From contig JAFGXD010000098.1 of the NCBI GenBank assembly GCA_016936815.1, forward strand, positions 12,987-76,986: a stretch of 64,000 nucleotides of DNA, in the 5' to 3' direction. This document shows, piece by piece, positions 28,504 to 37,530 of the stretch. This stretch comes from Bacteroidales bacterium (GTDB lineage: Bacteria > Bacteroidota > Bacteroidia > Bacteroidales > GWF2-38-335). A model generated the notes under the pieces. The model saw only the letters and a program-made list of their open reading frames with translations, was not told where the DNA came from and made no database searches. Within the stretch, counting starts at the first letter, position 1. Every line of letters begins with the position of its first letter. Both the position numbers and the translations under genes were made by a program.

Positions 28504-28635
28504 TCACCCGTGTGGGCTTTCAATCACAATATTTGTTTCAACCATCTTAGAAAGGCTAATCTTATGATTACGTGCATATTGCTAAGCTCTTTCAATTACA
28601 ACCTCATTTAGTCTTAGGGTCAATTTTGTATCCAC
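28504..28635 (-). pseudogene. Decayed ribbon-helix-helix antitoxin-like ORF (DUF6364-like) with in-frame TAG
   Basis: The minus strand reads (GTG)M-DTKLTLRLNEVVIERA-TAG-QYARNHKISLSKMVETNIVIESPHG-TGA, with the internal stop at 28582-28584. The pattern TKLTL.L...VIE.AK.YA....SLS..VE resembles small Bacteroidota antitoxin-like proteins. No toxin ORF follows. Confidence 0.3.
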
Positions 28636-28842
28636 AATGTTAAAATCTAATCGCATACAAAAATAATAAATAAACACGTAAAACTAAATAACTTTCTCAA
28701 GCTGTTAAGTTGCCAACCATTTATTCTTTATATTTCTGAGAATGGAAAGGTTAAATATTTGTTGAATCAAAAATATTAATCCTATAAAAAATTCTGTATC
28801 TTGCAGCCAGTTATTAATTTTTACATCCTTAATAATTATTTA

Positions 28843-29232
28843 ATGAAGAATATTTCAATAATTTTATTGCTCACCGGAATAATAATATCTTCTTGTCAAC
28901 CTTACGAAGATGGACCGAAAATTAGTCTCAAATCGGCAGATTCCAGATTTCAACAAACATGGGTTCTAAGTAAAATTGTAAACTCCGATGGTACAGAAAT
29001 AACTCCAACCACTAGCTCTTATTACGAATTTAAAGAAAATGGTATTCTAATTATTACAACCGGCGGCGATGTTTTTGAAGCAAATTGGGAAATTACCGAC
29101 AAAACAAAGCTAAAATTATCTTATTCCGAAATTGGTTTTGATGAATTTGAAATTAAAAGGCTTTCCTCAAAGGATTTGTGGCTTGAAGAAAAGGCCGGAC
29201 TATATGTAAACAAATTTATTTCAAAGAATTAA
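28843..29232 (+). CDS. Small lipocalin-like lipoprotein (paralog family, copy 2 of 3)
   Basis: Start taken at MKNISIILLLTGIIISSC (the listed ORF starts at 28801). CQPYEDGPKISLKSADSR..W and FEIKRLSSKDLWL motifs. Confidence 0.65.
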   Translation: MKNISIILLLTGIIISSCQPYEDGPKISLKSADSRFQQTWVLSKIVNSDGTEITPTTSSYYEFKENGILIITTGGDVFEANWEITDKTKLKLSYSEIGFDEFEIKRLSSKDLWLEEKAGLYVNKFISKN

Positions 29233-29238
29233 CTTTTC

Positions 29239-29643
29239 ATGATAAAAGCCTTATTTCTATTATTACTAATTGTTCTGACTTTTCCTTTTTGCACCGAATA
29301 CGAAGAAGGCCCCTATTTCAGCCTTAGATCTAAAGAAAAAAAGGTTTGTCAGAAATGGGAAGTTGAATCGGTTACTGATTTGCAGTACGATGAAACTTAC
29401 ACTTCTATGTATCGCGACTGGGAAATGGAAATAAGTGTAACCGGTACTTACACAAAAAAAATAATTTATCTCGACCAAGTTTCTTCAGAAAATGGAACCT
29501 GGGAATTCGACGGTTCTAAGCACATCAGATTTTACTATACAAAAAACAATAGTAACTTTTTGAAAAAATACGAGATAATTAGGCTTTCCAAAAATGAAAT
29601 GTGGTTGCGAGACGATTTGGAAGAAATTCATTATAGAAATTAA
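29239..29643 (+). CDS. Small lipocalin-like lipoprotein (paralog family, copy 3 of 3)
   Basis: CTEYEEGPYFSLRSKEKK..W, NGTWEFDG (also present in copy 1) and YEIIRLSKNEMWL. Confidence 0.65.
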   Translation: MIKALFLLLLIVLTFPFCTEYEEGPYFSLRSKEKKVCQKWEVESVTDLQYDETYTSMYRDWEMEISVTGTYTKKIIYLDQVSSENGTWEFDGSKHIRFYYTKNNSNFLKKYEIIRLSKNEMWLRDDLEEIHYRN

Positions 29644-29645
29644 TT

Positions 29646-30629
29646 ATGGTTAAATTTTTAATAATAAGGTTTAGTTCCATTGGCGATATTGTTCTAACAA
29701 CAACTGTAATACGTTGTTTAAAACAACAGGTGGAAGATGCTGAAATTCATTTTGTTACTAAAAAAGAATATGGTTTTATTCTTGAAAACAATCCTTTTGT
29801 AGACAAGGTTCACCTTTTGGAAAACAATCTTAACGAATTAATTAGAACATTAAAATACGAACATTTCGACCATATTATCGATTTGCATAAAAATCTTAGA
29901 AGTTCCAGAGTTAAAAGCAAACTAAGTCTTCCGGCATTTACGTTTAACAAGCTTAACTACAAAAAATGGCTGCTGGTTAATTTCAAGATTAATAAAATGC
30001 CCGATTTGCATATTGTAGATAGGTATCTAGAAACTGTTAAAGTTTTTGATATACAAAATGATGGAAAGGGACTTGATTATTTTATTCCTTCCGAAGATGA
30101 AATAAAACCTGAAGAAATACACGCTTCTCTTGCAAAAGGATATGTTGCCATAGCTATTGGAGGACAATGGTTTACAAAACAATTGCCTGCTGAAAAACTT
30201 GTTTCAATTATTGAAAAAATTAAATTTCCGGTTGTTTTACTCGGAGGAAAAGAAGACATGGAGAAAGCAGCCTACTGCAAAGAAAAACTGCCCAAAATTA
30301 TAGATTTAACAGGAAAGCTTAATTTGAATGCTTCGGCTTCCATGGTAAAACAAGCAAATATTGTTATTACTCACGACACAGGATTAATGCATATTGCAGC
30401 GGCTTTCGGTAAAAAAATTGTTTCCATTTGGGGAAATACAGTTCCTGAATTTGGAATGTATCCGTACTTTCCCGGAATTCCATCAATAATTTCTCAGGTT
30501 AACGATTTAAAGTGCAGACCTTGTACAAAAATCGGTTTTCGTTCTTGTCCCAAAAAGCATTTTAATTGCATGAACAAACAAAACGAAGATGTTATAATAG
30601 AATTTGTTGATAAAAACTATACAACTTAA
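29646..30629 (+). CDS. Glycosyltransferase family 9 (heptosyltransferase-like)
   Basis: ILIIRFSSIGDIVLTTTVIRCLK N-terminus and THDTGLMHIAAAFGKKIVSIWG motif. Confidence 0.8.
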   Translation: MVKFLIIRFSSIGDIVLTTTVIRCLKQQVEDAEIHFVTKKEYGFILENNPFVDKVHLLENNLNELIRTLKYEHFDHIIDLHKNLRSSRVKSKLSLPAFTFNKLNYKKWLLVNFKINKMPDLHIVDRYLETVKVFDIQNDGKGLDYFIPSEDEIKPEEIHASLAKGYVAIAIGGQWFTKQLPAEKLVSIIEKIKFPVVLLGGKEDMEKAAYCKEKLPKIIDLTGKLNLNASASMVKQANIVITHDTGLMHIAAAFGKKIVSIWGNTVPEFGMYPYFPGIPSIISQVNDLKCRPCTKIGFRSCPKKHFNCMNKQNEDVIIEFVDKNYTT

Positions 30630-30634
30630 TATAA

Positions 30635-31351
30635 CTACCTTTTTATCAATCTTTTATTAACGTAGTTATTAATAAAATCATCTCGAAAAATTCTTCCAAT
30701 TGGAACTTCATTTCCTTTCAGAATAACATAATCGGCATCTATTTCCTTAATGTGATTAATGTTTATAATAAACGACTTGTTGATTCTTGCAAAAATATCT
30801 TCAGGCAAACGAGAGTGAATTGTTTTTAAATTCATTGCAGTCATTATTTTTACCTTATCGGTATGAATTATAACATAGTCTTTTAGTCCTTCAATATAAT
30901 TTATTTCTGTAAAGAAAATTTTTACATATTTTCGGTCGGCTTTTACGAAAATGTAGTTTTCCTCGAAGCTTTCTATTTGCGATTTTGCCGAGTTTTTTAA
31001 TTCATGTAATTCTCTGGCTTTATTAACAGCTTTAATAAACCTTTCTATTCTAATAGGTTTTACTAAATAATCAATTACATCTAAATCGTAACTTTCTAAA
31101 GCAAATTGAGGATAAGCTGTGGTTAAAACTACCAAAGGTTGAACTTTAAGAGTTTTAAGAAAGTCTAAGCCGGTCATTCCCGGCATTTGAATATCTAGAA
31201 ACATAAGGTCAACTTCATTTTCTGCAAGAAAGTCGTTGGCTTGCATGGCATTTTCGAAACTACCTACAAGTTCCAGTTTATCAACCTCCTCAATATTCAT
31301 CCTCATTCCCTCCCGGGCTAAAGGTTCATCTTCAACAATTATACATTTCAT
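30635..31351 (-). CDS. LytR/AlgR-family response regulator (REC + LytTR)
   Basis: KCIIVEDEP...DLMFLDIQMPGMTG receiver domain. The C-terminal LytTR region includes FVKADRKYVKI and FARINKSFIINI. Confidence 0.85.
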   Translation of the reverse strand: MKCIIVEDEPLAREGMRMNIEEVDKLELVGSFENAMQANDFLAENEVDLMFLDIQMPGMTGLDFLKTLKVQPLVVLTTAYPQFALESYDLDVIDYLVKPIRIERFIKAVNKARELHELKNSAKSQIESFEENYIFVKADRKYVKIFFTEINYIEGLKDYVIIHTDKVKIMTAMNLKTIHSRLPEDIFARINKSFIININHIKEIDADYVILKGNEVPIGRIFRDDFINNYVNKRLIKR

Positions 31352-31381
31352 AATTCCAAATTTAATAATAAGACTTTTAGC

Positions 31382-32443
31382 TTATTCAACTTCAAGAACC
31401 AAATTTACAATAAAACGATTGCCTTTATCATCAATTGTTAGTAAATGTTTTTTTGGATAAAGCAATTCAAGCCGTCTTTTAATATTTTTTAATCCTAATC
31501 CACCCTCGTCGTGAGTTTCAACTATTTCTTTCTTAGTGTTTTCAATACTAAATTTAACAATGTTGTTAAGTGCTTCAAACTTTACTTTTATATTAGATTC
31601 GTTTTTATCGTCAATTCCATGTTTAACTGCATTTTCGAAAAACGGAAGAAAAATAAATGGATAAACAGTTTTTCCGTTAACATGACCTTCTACCTCAAAA
31701 TTAACGTTTGCTGTTGTTTTTCTTATTCTATCTAGGTCTAAGTAATTTTTTAGATACTCAATTTCCTTGGCAAGAAAGACCTTTTCTTTGGTACACTCAT
31801 AAAGCTGATAACGTAACAATTCTGAAAGTTTCATTATTGTTTGAGCCGCTCGTTTTGAATCAAGTTTTGTCTGTACGTAAATATTATTCAAGGTATTAAA
31901 TAAAAAGTGAGGATTTATTTGCGACTTTAAATATTCAAGCTCAGAAACCAAATTTGTATTTTCCAGAAATTGAATTTTCTGTTGGTTTTTAATCCATATT
32001 TTGAATAGCTTTAAACCCACTGCTGCACCGACAAAAAGTGCTTGGTTTTGTAAATTCCAGATAATATTAATTATAATGAAGCGGGTGTGCCTTGCATCAA
32101 GAATAGTTCTATGTCCTCTTGCTTTTTCAATAATTAACTCTAAAACTTCGGCAAAAATTAAACCAAGCAATATTAGCATTACAAAAAGCCAAAACTTGTT
32201 TTTTAGCAGAAAATTAGGTGTAAAGACGTAAAGGCTTATGTAAATAATAAGAACATCAATACTAAAATTTATTAGTATAGTTGTTGCTGTTTCTTGAGGT
32301 CTGGAGGTATTTGCAAGCAAAATAATATAATCAACCGACAGCACCAGCCAAAATAGCAAATGATGAATCACTCTGTAGCGATCATCAAACAATTTGTAAA
32401 TTCTATTGTTCCCTTCAACAACCATTTTAAGTTCAAATAACAA
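31382..32443 (-). CDS. Sensor histidine kinase (LytS/YehU-type His_kinase domain)
   Basis: Multi-TM N-terminus, then SQINPHFLFNTLNNI (H-box of the LytS-type family) and an ATPase region with GGLGLKNIKRRLELLY. Confidence 0.8.
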   Translation of the reverse strand: MLFELKMVVEGNNRIYKLFDDRYRVIHHLLFWLVLSVDYIILLANTSRPQETATTILINFSIDVLIIYISLYVFTPNFLLKNKFWLFVMLILLGLIFAEVLELIIEKARGHRTILDARHTRFIIINIIWNLQNQALFVGAAVGLKLFKIWIKNQQKIQFLENTNLVSELEYLKSQINPHFLFNTLNNIYVQTKLDSKRAAQTIMKLSELLRYQLYECTKEKVFLAKEIEYLKNYLDLDRIRKTTANVNFEVEGHVNGKTVYPFIFLPFFENAVKHGIDDKNESNIKVKFEALNNIVKFSIENTKKEIVETHDEGGLGLKNIKRRLELLYPKKHLLTIDDKGNRFIVNLVLEVE

Positions 32444-32610
32444 TCAATATTATGCAAAAAAAACGAATATAGTTGCTTATATTATATAACAGGTTGTTTC
32501 TTTTATATTAATAGTTGATTTTTTTGAAGGACTAAGACTAATATAACAATTAAGTAAATGAAATTGCTAGAGAGTATGTTGAAATAAATACCAATTTAAG
32601 TATAATGTAG

Positions 32611-32820
32611 CTATATTTTTGATGCTGGTTCTTTTCTTTCATCTACAATTCCATACAAACCAACTTTATATCCTTTGCTATTGTAACCTGTTTTTACAAT
32701 ATTTTTTCCTTCGCATGCCGAAATTCCTGTCCATTTGCAGTTTTCGCAATGTTTTAATCCATTAATCTGAACCCCCCAACATTCATCAGTTGAAAGCTTC
32801 GAAGTATCTATTTTTCTCAT
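32611..32820 (-). CDS. 69-aa four-cysteine miniprotein, last gene of the redox operon
   Basis: ATGA start/stop overlap with the upstream NifX-like gene (32817-32820). Cys at positions 24, 35, 38 and 46 (C..10..CxxC..7..C). No family recognised. Confidence 0.45.
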   Translation of the reverse strand: MRKIDTSKLSTDECWGVQINGLKHCENCKWTGISACEGKNIVKTGYNSKGYKVGLYGIVDERKEPASKI

Positions 32821-33152
32821 TGGTACATATTATTTTTAAAGTTTTCGTAAGCCTGTTTAGCGGATATTTCCCCAACATCCTTAATCATTTTTACATTTGT
32901 TGCCGAAAGAACGTCAAAAGCTTTTGGTCCAATATCGCCTCCTGTAATAATTACATCGGCTTTTAGTTTAGCTATTAGCTGTCCCGTTTGAATTCCGGCT
33001 CCATGTCCGGCTCCGGCATTTTCATTATTTGAATGAAAGTCTAAATTACCATTTTCTTCCGAGAAACACAAAAATCCTTGTGCTCTTCCAAAACGTGAAG
33101 AAATTAGGGAATCCCATCCCTTATCAGAATCTACTGCAAATACAATAATCAT
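32817..33152 (-). CDS. NifX/NifB-C-terminal-like (dinitrogenase FeMo-cofactor-binding fold) small protein
   Basis: 111 aa. SSRFGRAQGFLCF, then VIITGGDIGPKAFDVL, the typical pattern of this fold. Confidence 0.7.
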   Translation of the reverse strand: MIIVFAVDSDKGWDSLISSRFGRAQGFLCFSEENGNLDFHSNNENAGAGHGAGIQTGQLIAKLKADVIITGGDIGPKAFDVLSATNVKMIKDVGEISAKQAYENFKNNMYQ

Positions 33153-33154
33153 AG

Positions 33155-34033
33155 TTATTTTGTTTTTAAATTTATTTTATTCCATATTTCTTTTAAGACT
33201 TCAGAAATTTCTTTGCCTTCTTTTATTTCTCCTACAGTTAATTTTTTATTTAATGCTAAATTAAATGCTTTGTGATATGGAAGTTTTCCCAATAATGAAA
33301 TTTCTTTTTCTTTCAGAAATTTTTCTATTTCATTTGTCTTTTCCACATTTAAATCCCATTTATTAATAATACAAGAGGTATTAATTCCCATACTACTTGC
33401 CAGTTGAATTACTCTTTCCAAATCGTGTAATCCTGAAACGGTAGGTTCGGTAACCACAACTACTAAATCGGCTCCTGTAATAGAAGCAATAACCGGACAG
33501 CCAATTCCGGGAGAACCATCTACCAAAATGTTGTTAATTTGAGACTTTTCTGCAACTGCTTTTGCTTTTTGTCTAACTCTGCTTACAAGCTTACCCGAAT
33601 TTTCCGCTCCAATTGTAAGTTCAGCATGCACCAAAATATTGTCCAATCGTGTATTAGAGCAAAATAACAATCCTGTATGGTTTGGAATCATTTCAATTGC
33701 ATTTTCGGGACAAACTCTGGAGCAGTAACCACAGCCTTCGCAATCAATTTTTCTAACCATGTATTCCCCATTAACAATATTAATGGCATTAAATCGACAA
33801 ACTTGTGCGCAAAGGTTACATGCAATGCATTTTCCACTATCTATACTGGCAAAGCTTCCGCTGAAAAAATCTTCCTGCGATAAAAAGTCAGGATGTAAAA
33901 GAATGTGCATATCGGCAGCATCTACATCGCAATCGGCTACTACAAGAGGTTTTTCCGACAGAAATGCAAGGGCGGCTGTTACAGAAGTTTTTCCTGTACC
34001 ACCCTTGCCTGATATTATCACAATTTCTGTCAT
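33155..34033 (-). CDS. MinD/ParA-superfamily P-loop ATPase with inserted 2x[4Fe-4S] ferredoxin domain (COG1149-type)
   Basis: Deviant Walker A SGKGGTGKTS. CIACNLCAQVCRFNAI and CEGCGYCSRVCPENAI (two CxxCxxCxxxC motifs), then DGSPGIGCPVIAS. Confidence 0.8.
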   Translation of the reverse strand: MTEIVIISGKGGTGKTSVTAALAFLSEKPLVVADCDVDAADMHILLHPDFLSQEDFFSGSFASIDSGKCIACNLCAQVCRFNAINIVNGEYMVRKIDCEGCGYCSRVCPENAIEMIPNHTGLLFCSNTRLDNILVHAELTIGAENSGKLVSRVRQKAKAVAEKSQINNILVDGSPGIGCPVIASITGADLVVVVTEPTVSGLHDLERVIQLASSMGINTSCIINKWDLNVEKTNEIEKFLKEKEISLLGKLPYHKAFNLALNKKLTVGEIKEGKEISEVLKEIWNKINLKTK

Positions 34034-34900
34034 TTAATATATATTGAGGTTAGTATAAATTTGTTTTGCTATTTTTTCAAGTTCTTTTTGAACTTCCAAA
34101 CAGCTTTCTAATAAAAGACCTTTGGAATAGAGCTCAGCAACCTTTCTTGAATATGGAATTTTTCCTGCAATTTCTATGTTTTGTTTTTTGCAGTATTTTT
34201 CAATATCCTTATTTCCAATGCCATATCTATTTATTACAACAAGAATTTTTTTATCTAATTCCCTCATAGTTTTAACAGCAAGCCTCAAGTCGTGAAATCC
34301 AAAAGGTGTTGGTTCTGTAATAAGAATAACTAAATCAGCATCTTTTGTAGCTTCAATAACAGGACAAGAGGTGCCGGGGGGTGAATCAAACAGCAGCAAT
34401 GAATCTTTATTTATTTTGTTTTCAGCTAATTCCTTAATCTTTTTAATTAGAGGAACGGCAGATTCCTGACCGATATCCAAAACACCCTCTAAAAAAGTAA
34501 AGTTTTGGTTAATAGAAAAAACTCTGCTTATTCCCATTTTTAAGTTTTCCATTGGCAAAGCATCTTCGGGACAAAGTTCCGAGCAGGCATAGCAGGAATG
34601 ACAAAGTTCTTTAAAAACCAAAATAGTTTTTGGCAAACTTGCAATAGCATTAAAATTGCATAAAGAATTGCATTTTCCGCAGAAAGTACATTTATCGGGT
34701 TGCCATACAGGAACCGGCCGGTATTCAGGTTGTTCTTTAAGAAGCTTTCCTTTAAGAAACAAACCCGAATTCGGTTCTTCAACGTCTAAATCGGCTAAAA
34801 CCACTTTTTTACCAAGTTTCCCACTTAAATAATAAGCAAGATTAACCGACAGTGTTGTTTTGCCTGTACCGCCTTTTCCGCTGGCAATTGCAATTTTCAT
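34034..34900 (-). CDS. MinD/ParA-superfamily P-loop ATPase with inserted 2x[4Fe-4S] ferredoxin domain (paralog)
   Basis: SGKGGTGKTT. CTFCGKCNSLCNFNAI and CHSCYACSELCPEDAL, then DSPPGTSCPVIEA. Zero-nt gap to the downstream paralog. Confidence 0.8.
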   Translation of the reverse strand: MKIAIASGKGGTGKTTLSVNLAYYLSGKLGKKVVLADLDVEEPNSGLFLKGKLLKEQPEYRPVPVWQPDKCTFCGKCNSLCNFNAIASLPKTILVFKELCHSCYACSELCPEDALPMENLKMGISRVFSINQNFTFLEGVLDIGQESAVPLIKKIKELAENKINKDSLLLFDSPPGTSCPVIEATKDADLVILITEPTPFGFHDLRLAVKTMRELDKKILVVINRYGIGNKDIEKYCKKQNIEIAGKIPYSRKVAELYSKGLLLESCLEVQKELEKIAKQIYTNLNIY

Positions 34901-36249
34901 TAGCCCATTTTAATTTGCTTCCAAGCCATTTCTGCCGCTTTTATTAAAGGATAAGCTGCCGGGGAAGCTGTTAACAAAGGATGTGTACCAATTTGAGAAG
35001 TAATTAAGGAAGCCAGACTCATTTTGCTCTGAATCATAATTCCTACTACATTAATTAATTCCCCTGAGCTAATTCCTCCAATTATTTCTGCACCTAAAAT
35101 AGTTCCACATTCTTTGGAGACAATTAGTTTAACTTTTTGTTTATGTGATCCGGGTAAAGCTCCGGGGTGACGGTCGACTCCTTCAAAAACTCCTGTAATT
35201 ATATTATATCCCTCATCAATTGCCATTTTTTCAGTTAGACCTGCTGTGCTAAATGAGGTATTACCAACGGCAGTTGAATAAATTGCAATAGTTCCTCCAA
35301 AAGTTTTTAGAACCGACAGTTGAAAAATATTCATTGCAGCAATTCTTGCCTCGGCACAAGCTGTTGAAGCTAGCATGGTACTGCTTATTTTTCTGGTGAA
35401 GAAATCTCTCTTTTCAGCACAATCTCCTGCTGCAAAAATTCCATGAACAGAAGTTCGCATATATTCATCTACCTGAATAAATCCTTTTTCATTAAGCGTT
35501 AACCCACATTTTTTTGCAAGTTCGTTATTGGGAGCATATCCCATTGACAATACAACTGCATCTGCCTGTATTTCTCTTCCATCCTCTAAAATTATTCCTT
35601 GAACCTTCTCATTTCCAATAATTTCTTTTATTCCCGAACCTGTAATTACCTTAACTCCTCTTTCTGAGATAATAGCATTAGCTTCCGCTGCAATTTCTTC
35701 ATCGAAAGCTGCAGGCAAAATCTGGTTTTGTTTTTCAATAATGGTAACATTTTTACCAATTTTTTTTAACTCATCGGCAACCTCAACACCAATAAAGCCG
35801 GCTCCTATTATTGCTATGTCCTTTATATTTTCAAGTTCAGTCTGAAAGCTGTCAAGGTACTTTTTATTTTTAGGTATTACATAAACATTTTGAAGGTGGG
35901 ATCCTTTTAGCCATTGTGGTTTTATTGGAGTAGAACCTGTTGCAATAATTAGTTTCTCGAAATTAATTTGTTCTCCTGAACTGCTCTTACAGAATTTCTC
36001 TGAACAATTAATATCTGTTATTTCCCCAATATTAATTTCAACCCCGGCATTTTTTAAGCCCATATCGGGTAAAACGTTCTTTTCGGAACTGCCTGTTGTT
36101 CCATAAATGTAAGGAATTCCACAAGGAATCATAACAACTTCCTCGTTTCTAAAAAGAACTACCTTTTTGTTGGGATAGTTGAGTTTTGCGGTTGAAGCTG
36201 CAACAAATCCTGCTGCACTTCCGCCAATAATTAAGATGTCTGTTTGCAT
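34900..36249 (-). CDS. FAD-dependent pyridine nucleotide-disulfide oxidoreductase (CoA-disulfide reductase / NADH oxidase family)
   Basis: ILIIGGSAAGFVAA FAD site, redox-Cys context VVMIPCGIPYIYG, a second dinucleotide site IAIIGAGFIGVEVADEL, and GIFAAGDCA. Confidence 0.8.
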   Translation of the reverse strand: MQTDILIIGGSAAGFVAASTAKLNYPNKKVVLFRNEEVVMIPCGIPYIYGTTGSSEKNVLPDMGLKNAGVEINIGEITDINCSEKFCKSSSGEQINFEKLIIATGSTPIKPQWLKGSHLQNVYVIPKNKKYLDSFQTELENIKDIAIIGAGFIGVEVADELKKIGKNVTIIEKQNQILPAAFDEEIAAEANAIISERGVKVITGSGIKEIIGNEKVQGIILEDGREIQADAVVLSMGYAPNNELAKKCGLTLNEKGFIQVDEYMRTSVHGIFAAGDCAEKRDFFTRKISSTMLASTACAEARIAAMNIFQLSVLKTFGGTIAIYSTAVGNTSFSTAGLTEKMAIDEGYNIITGVFEGVDRHPGALPGSHKQKVKLIVSKECGTILGAEIIGGISSGELINVVGIMIQSKMSLASLITSQIGTHPLLTASPAAYPLIKAAEMAWKQIKMG

Positions 36250-36287
36250 TACTATTAGTATTAATTTGTGATTGTTAGCAAGAATTA

Positions 36288-37199
36288 TTAGTTTCTTGCA
36301 GATTTGTGATTGTTTGTTTTTTGTGTGATTGAATTCATTACAATAAAGCTTTTTACAGGTACATTAATGGATTCTGCAATTACAGGGCATTTAACCATTA
36401 GAAGAAAAAACAAGCGCGAGTCTTCTTCGTTAAATAACCCTTCAAGATTTCCCTGTCCTTTTGAAATAATAACATCAGCTTTGCGATAAATTTCTATAAA
36501 TTCATCCGAGCATTTATTAAGAATTGTTGAGGGAGCATCGTAACCATTTGAAATAATTGTACAATACCTGTCAAGACCAACTGCATAAGCATCTTCCTTT
36601 GTAGCATCATTCATAACGGGTTTGTCTTTTACTGCATAATAAACTTTTGGTTTATTTATTGTTTCCAATAATAACCGGTCGAAAACAATTTCCCCACAAT
36701 TATCGCCTAATACCAAAATTGTTTTGGCTTTCTTAATTGCTTTTTGAAGTTGAACAACATCATTTATTGCAAAATCCGCTTCCAAAACCGATTTTAAAAC
36801 TTCATTCATTTTTTCCGATGATTTATCCATAAAATCTGGTACAGCAGCCATATCCATTATATTACCTGCAATTGAAATTCTAACAGCAGTTTCAAAAATG
36901 TTTTCACCTGTTTCTGTAAGAATTTGTAATTTCTGATAATAGTTCTCAGCCAGTCTGTTACACATATCTTTTTCTTCAAAACAAGGATCCTCAACGCCCG
37001 AAAAATCTTTAATTATTCTATGTAACGAAGCGGCAACTTCAGGTATTAAAAAATCAGTTTTATCTTCCGCAAGTTCACAAAAAAGTCTGTTAATTAACAA
37101 GTCTTTCTTGCTATTATCCAAATCAAGCCTTGCTACTACTTTTTCGGTTGACCTTATTAAGCAGTATTTACAGCGGTAGTCCATTAATGATCGCAACAA
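36288..37199 (-). CDS. DUF89 / ARMT1-like (damage-control phosphatase family) protein with N-terminal CxxC
   Basis: CKYCLIRS near the N-terminus, VLGDNCGEIVFDRLLLE (DN.GE motif) and ISKGQGNLEGL (KG..N.E motif). Confidence 0.65.
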   Translation of the reverse strand: MLRSLMDYRCKYCLIRSTEKVVARLDLDNSKKDLLINRLFCELAEDKTDFLIPEVAASLHRIIKDFSGVEDPCFEEKDMCNRLAENYYQKLQILTETGENIFETAVRISIAGNIMDMAAVPDFMDKSSEKMNEVLKSVLEADFAINDVVQLQKAIKKAKTILVLGDNCGEIVFDRLLLETINKPKVYYAVKDKPVMNDATKEDAYAVGLDRYCTIISNGYDAPSTILNKCSDEFIEIYRKADVIISKGQGNLEGLFNEEDSRLFFLLMVKCPVIAESINVPVKSFIVMNSITQKTNNHKSARN

Positions 37200-37519
37200 T
37201 TATCCGAGGTTTCAAGACTTCCTTCCAAAAAGTCAAGAACTAATTCTTTTGGAGATTTTGCCGGTACACCAATAAATACGTTTATTTTATTCTGATTAAA
37301 AAGTTCAATTGCTCTCTGTCCCATACCTCCGGCAATAACATCGGTAACTCCCATATCGGCAAGCCACTTTGGATAAACACCCGGCTCGTGAGGAGGAGGA
37401 GTTAATTGCTCTTCCTTAACTATTTGATTATTACTCGTTTCATATACATGAAAACTGTTTGTATGCCCAAAATGCATATTTAACTGCCCGTTTACAACCG
37501 GAATTGCAATTTTTCCCAT
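37184..37519 (-). CDS. NifX/NifB-C-terminal-like small protein, CCDH C-terminus
   Basis: HFGHTNSFHVYE, VIAGGMGQRAIELF. Ends SDNCCDH. 16-nt overlap with the downstream DUF89 gene. Confidence 0.7.
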   Translation of the reverse strand: MGKIAIPVVNGQLNMHFGHTNSFHVYETSNNQIVKEEQLTPPPHEPGVYPKWLADMGVTDVIAGGMGQRAIELFNQNKINVFIGVPAKSPKELVLDFLEGSLETSDNCCDH

Positions 37520-37530
37520 AAATTTTTTTT

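Noticed and set aside
32817-37519. Nitrogen-fixation (nif) cluster, suggested by the two NifX/NifB-like ORFs and NifH-like P-loop ATPases.
   Set aside because: There are no nifD/K, nifE/N or radical-SAM NifB domains. The ATPases are MinD-type with ferredoxin inserts, not NifH. The NifX-like fold is widespread outside diazotrophs.
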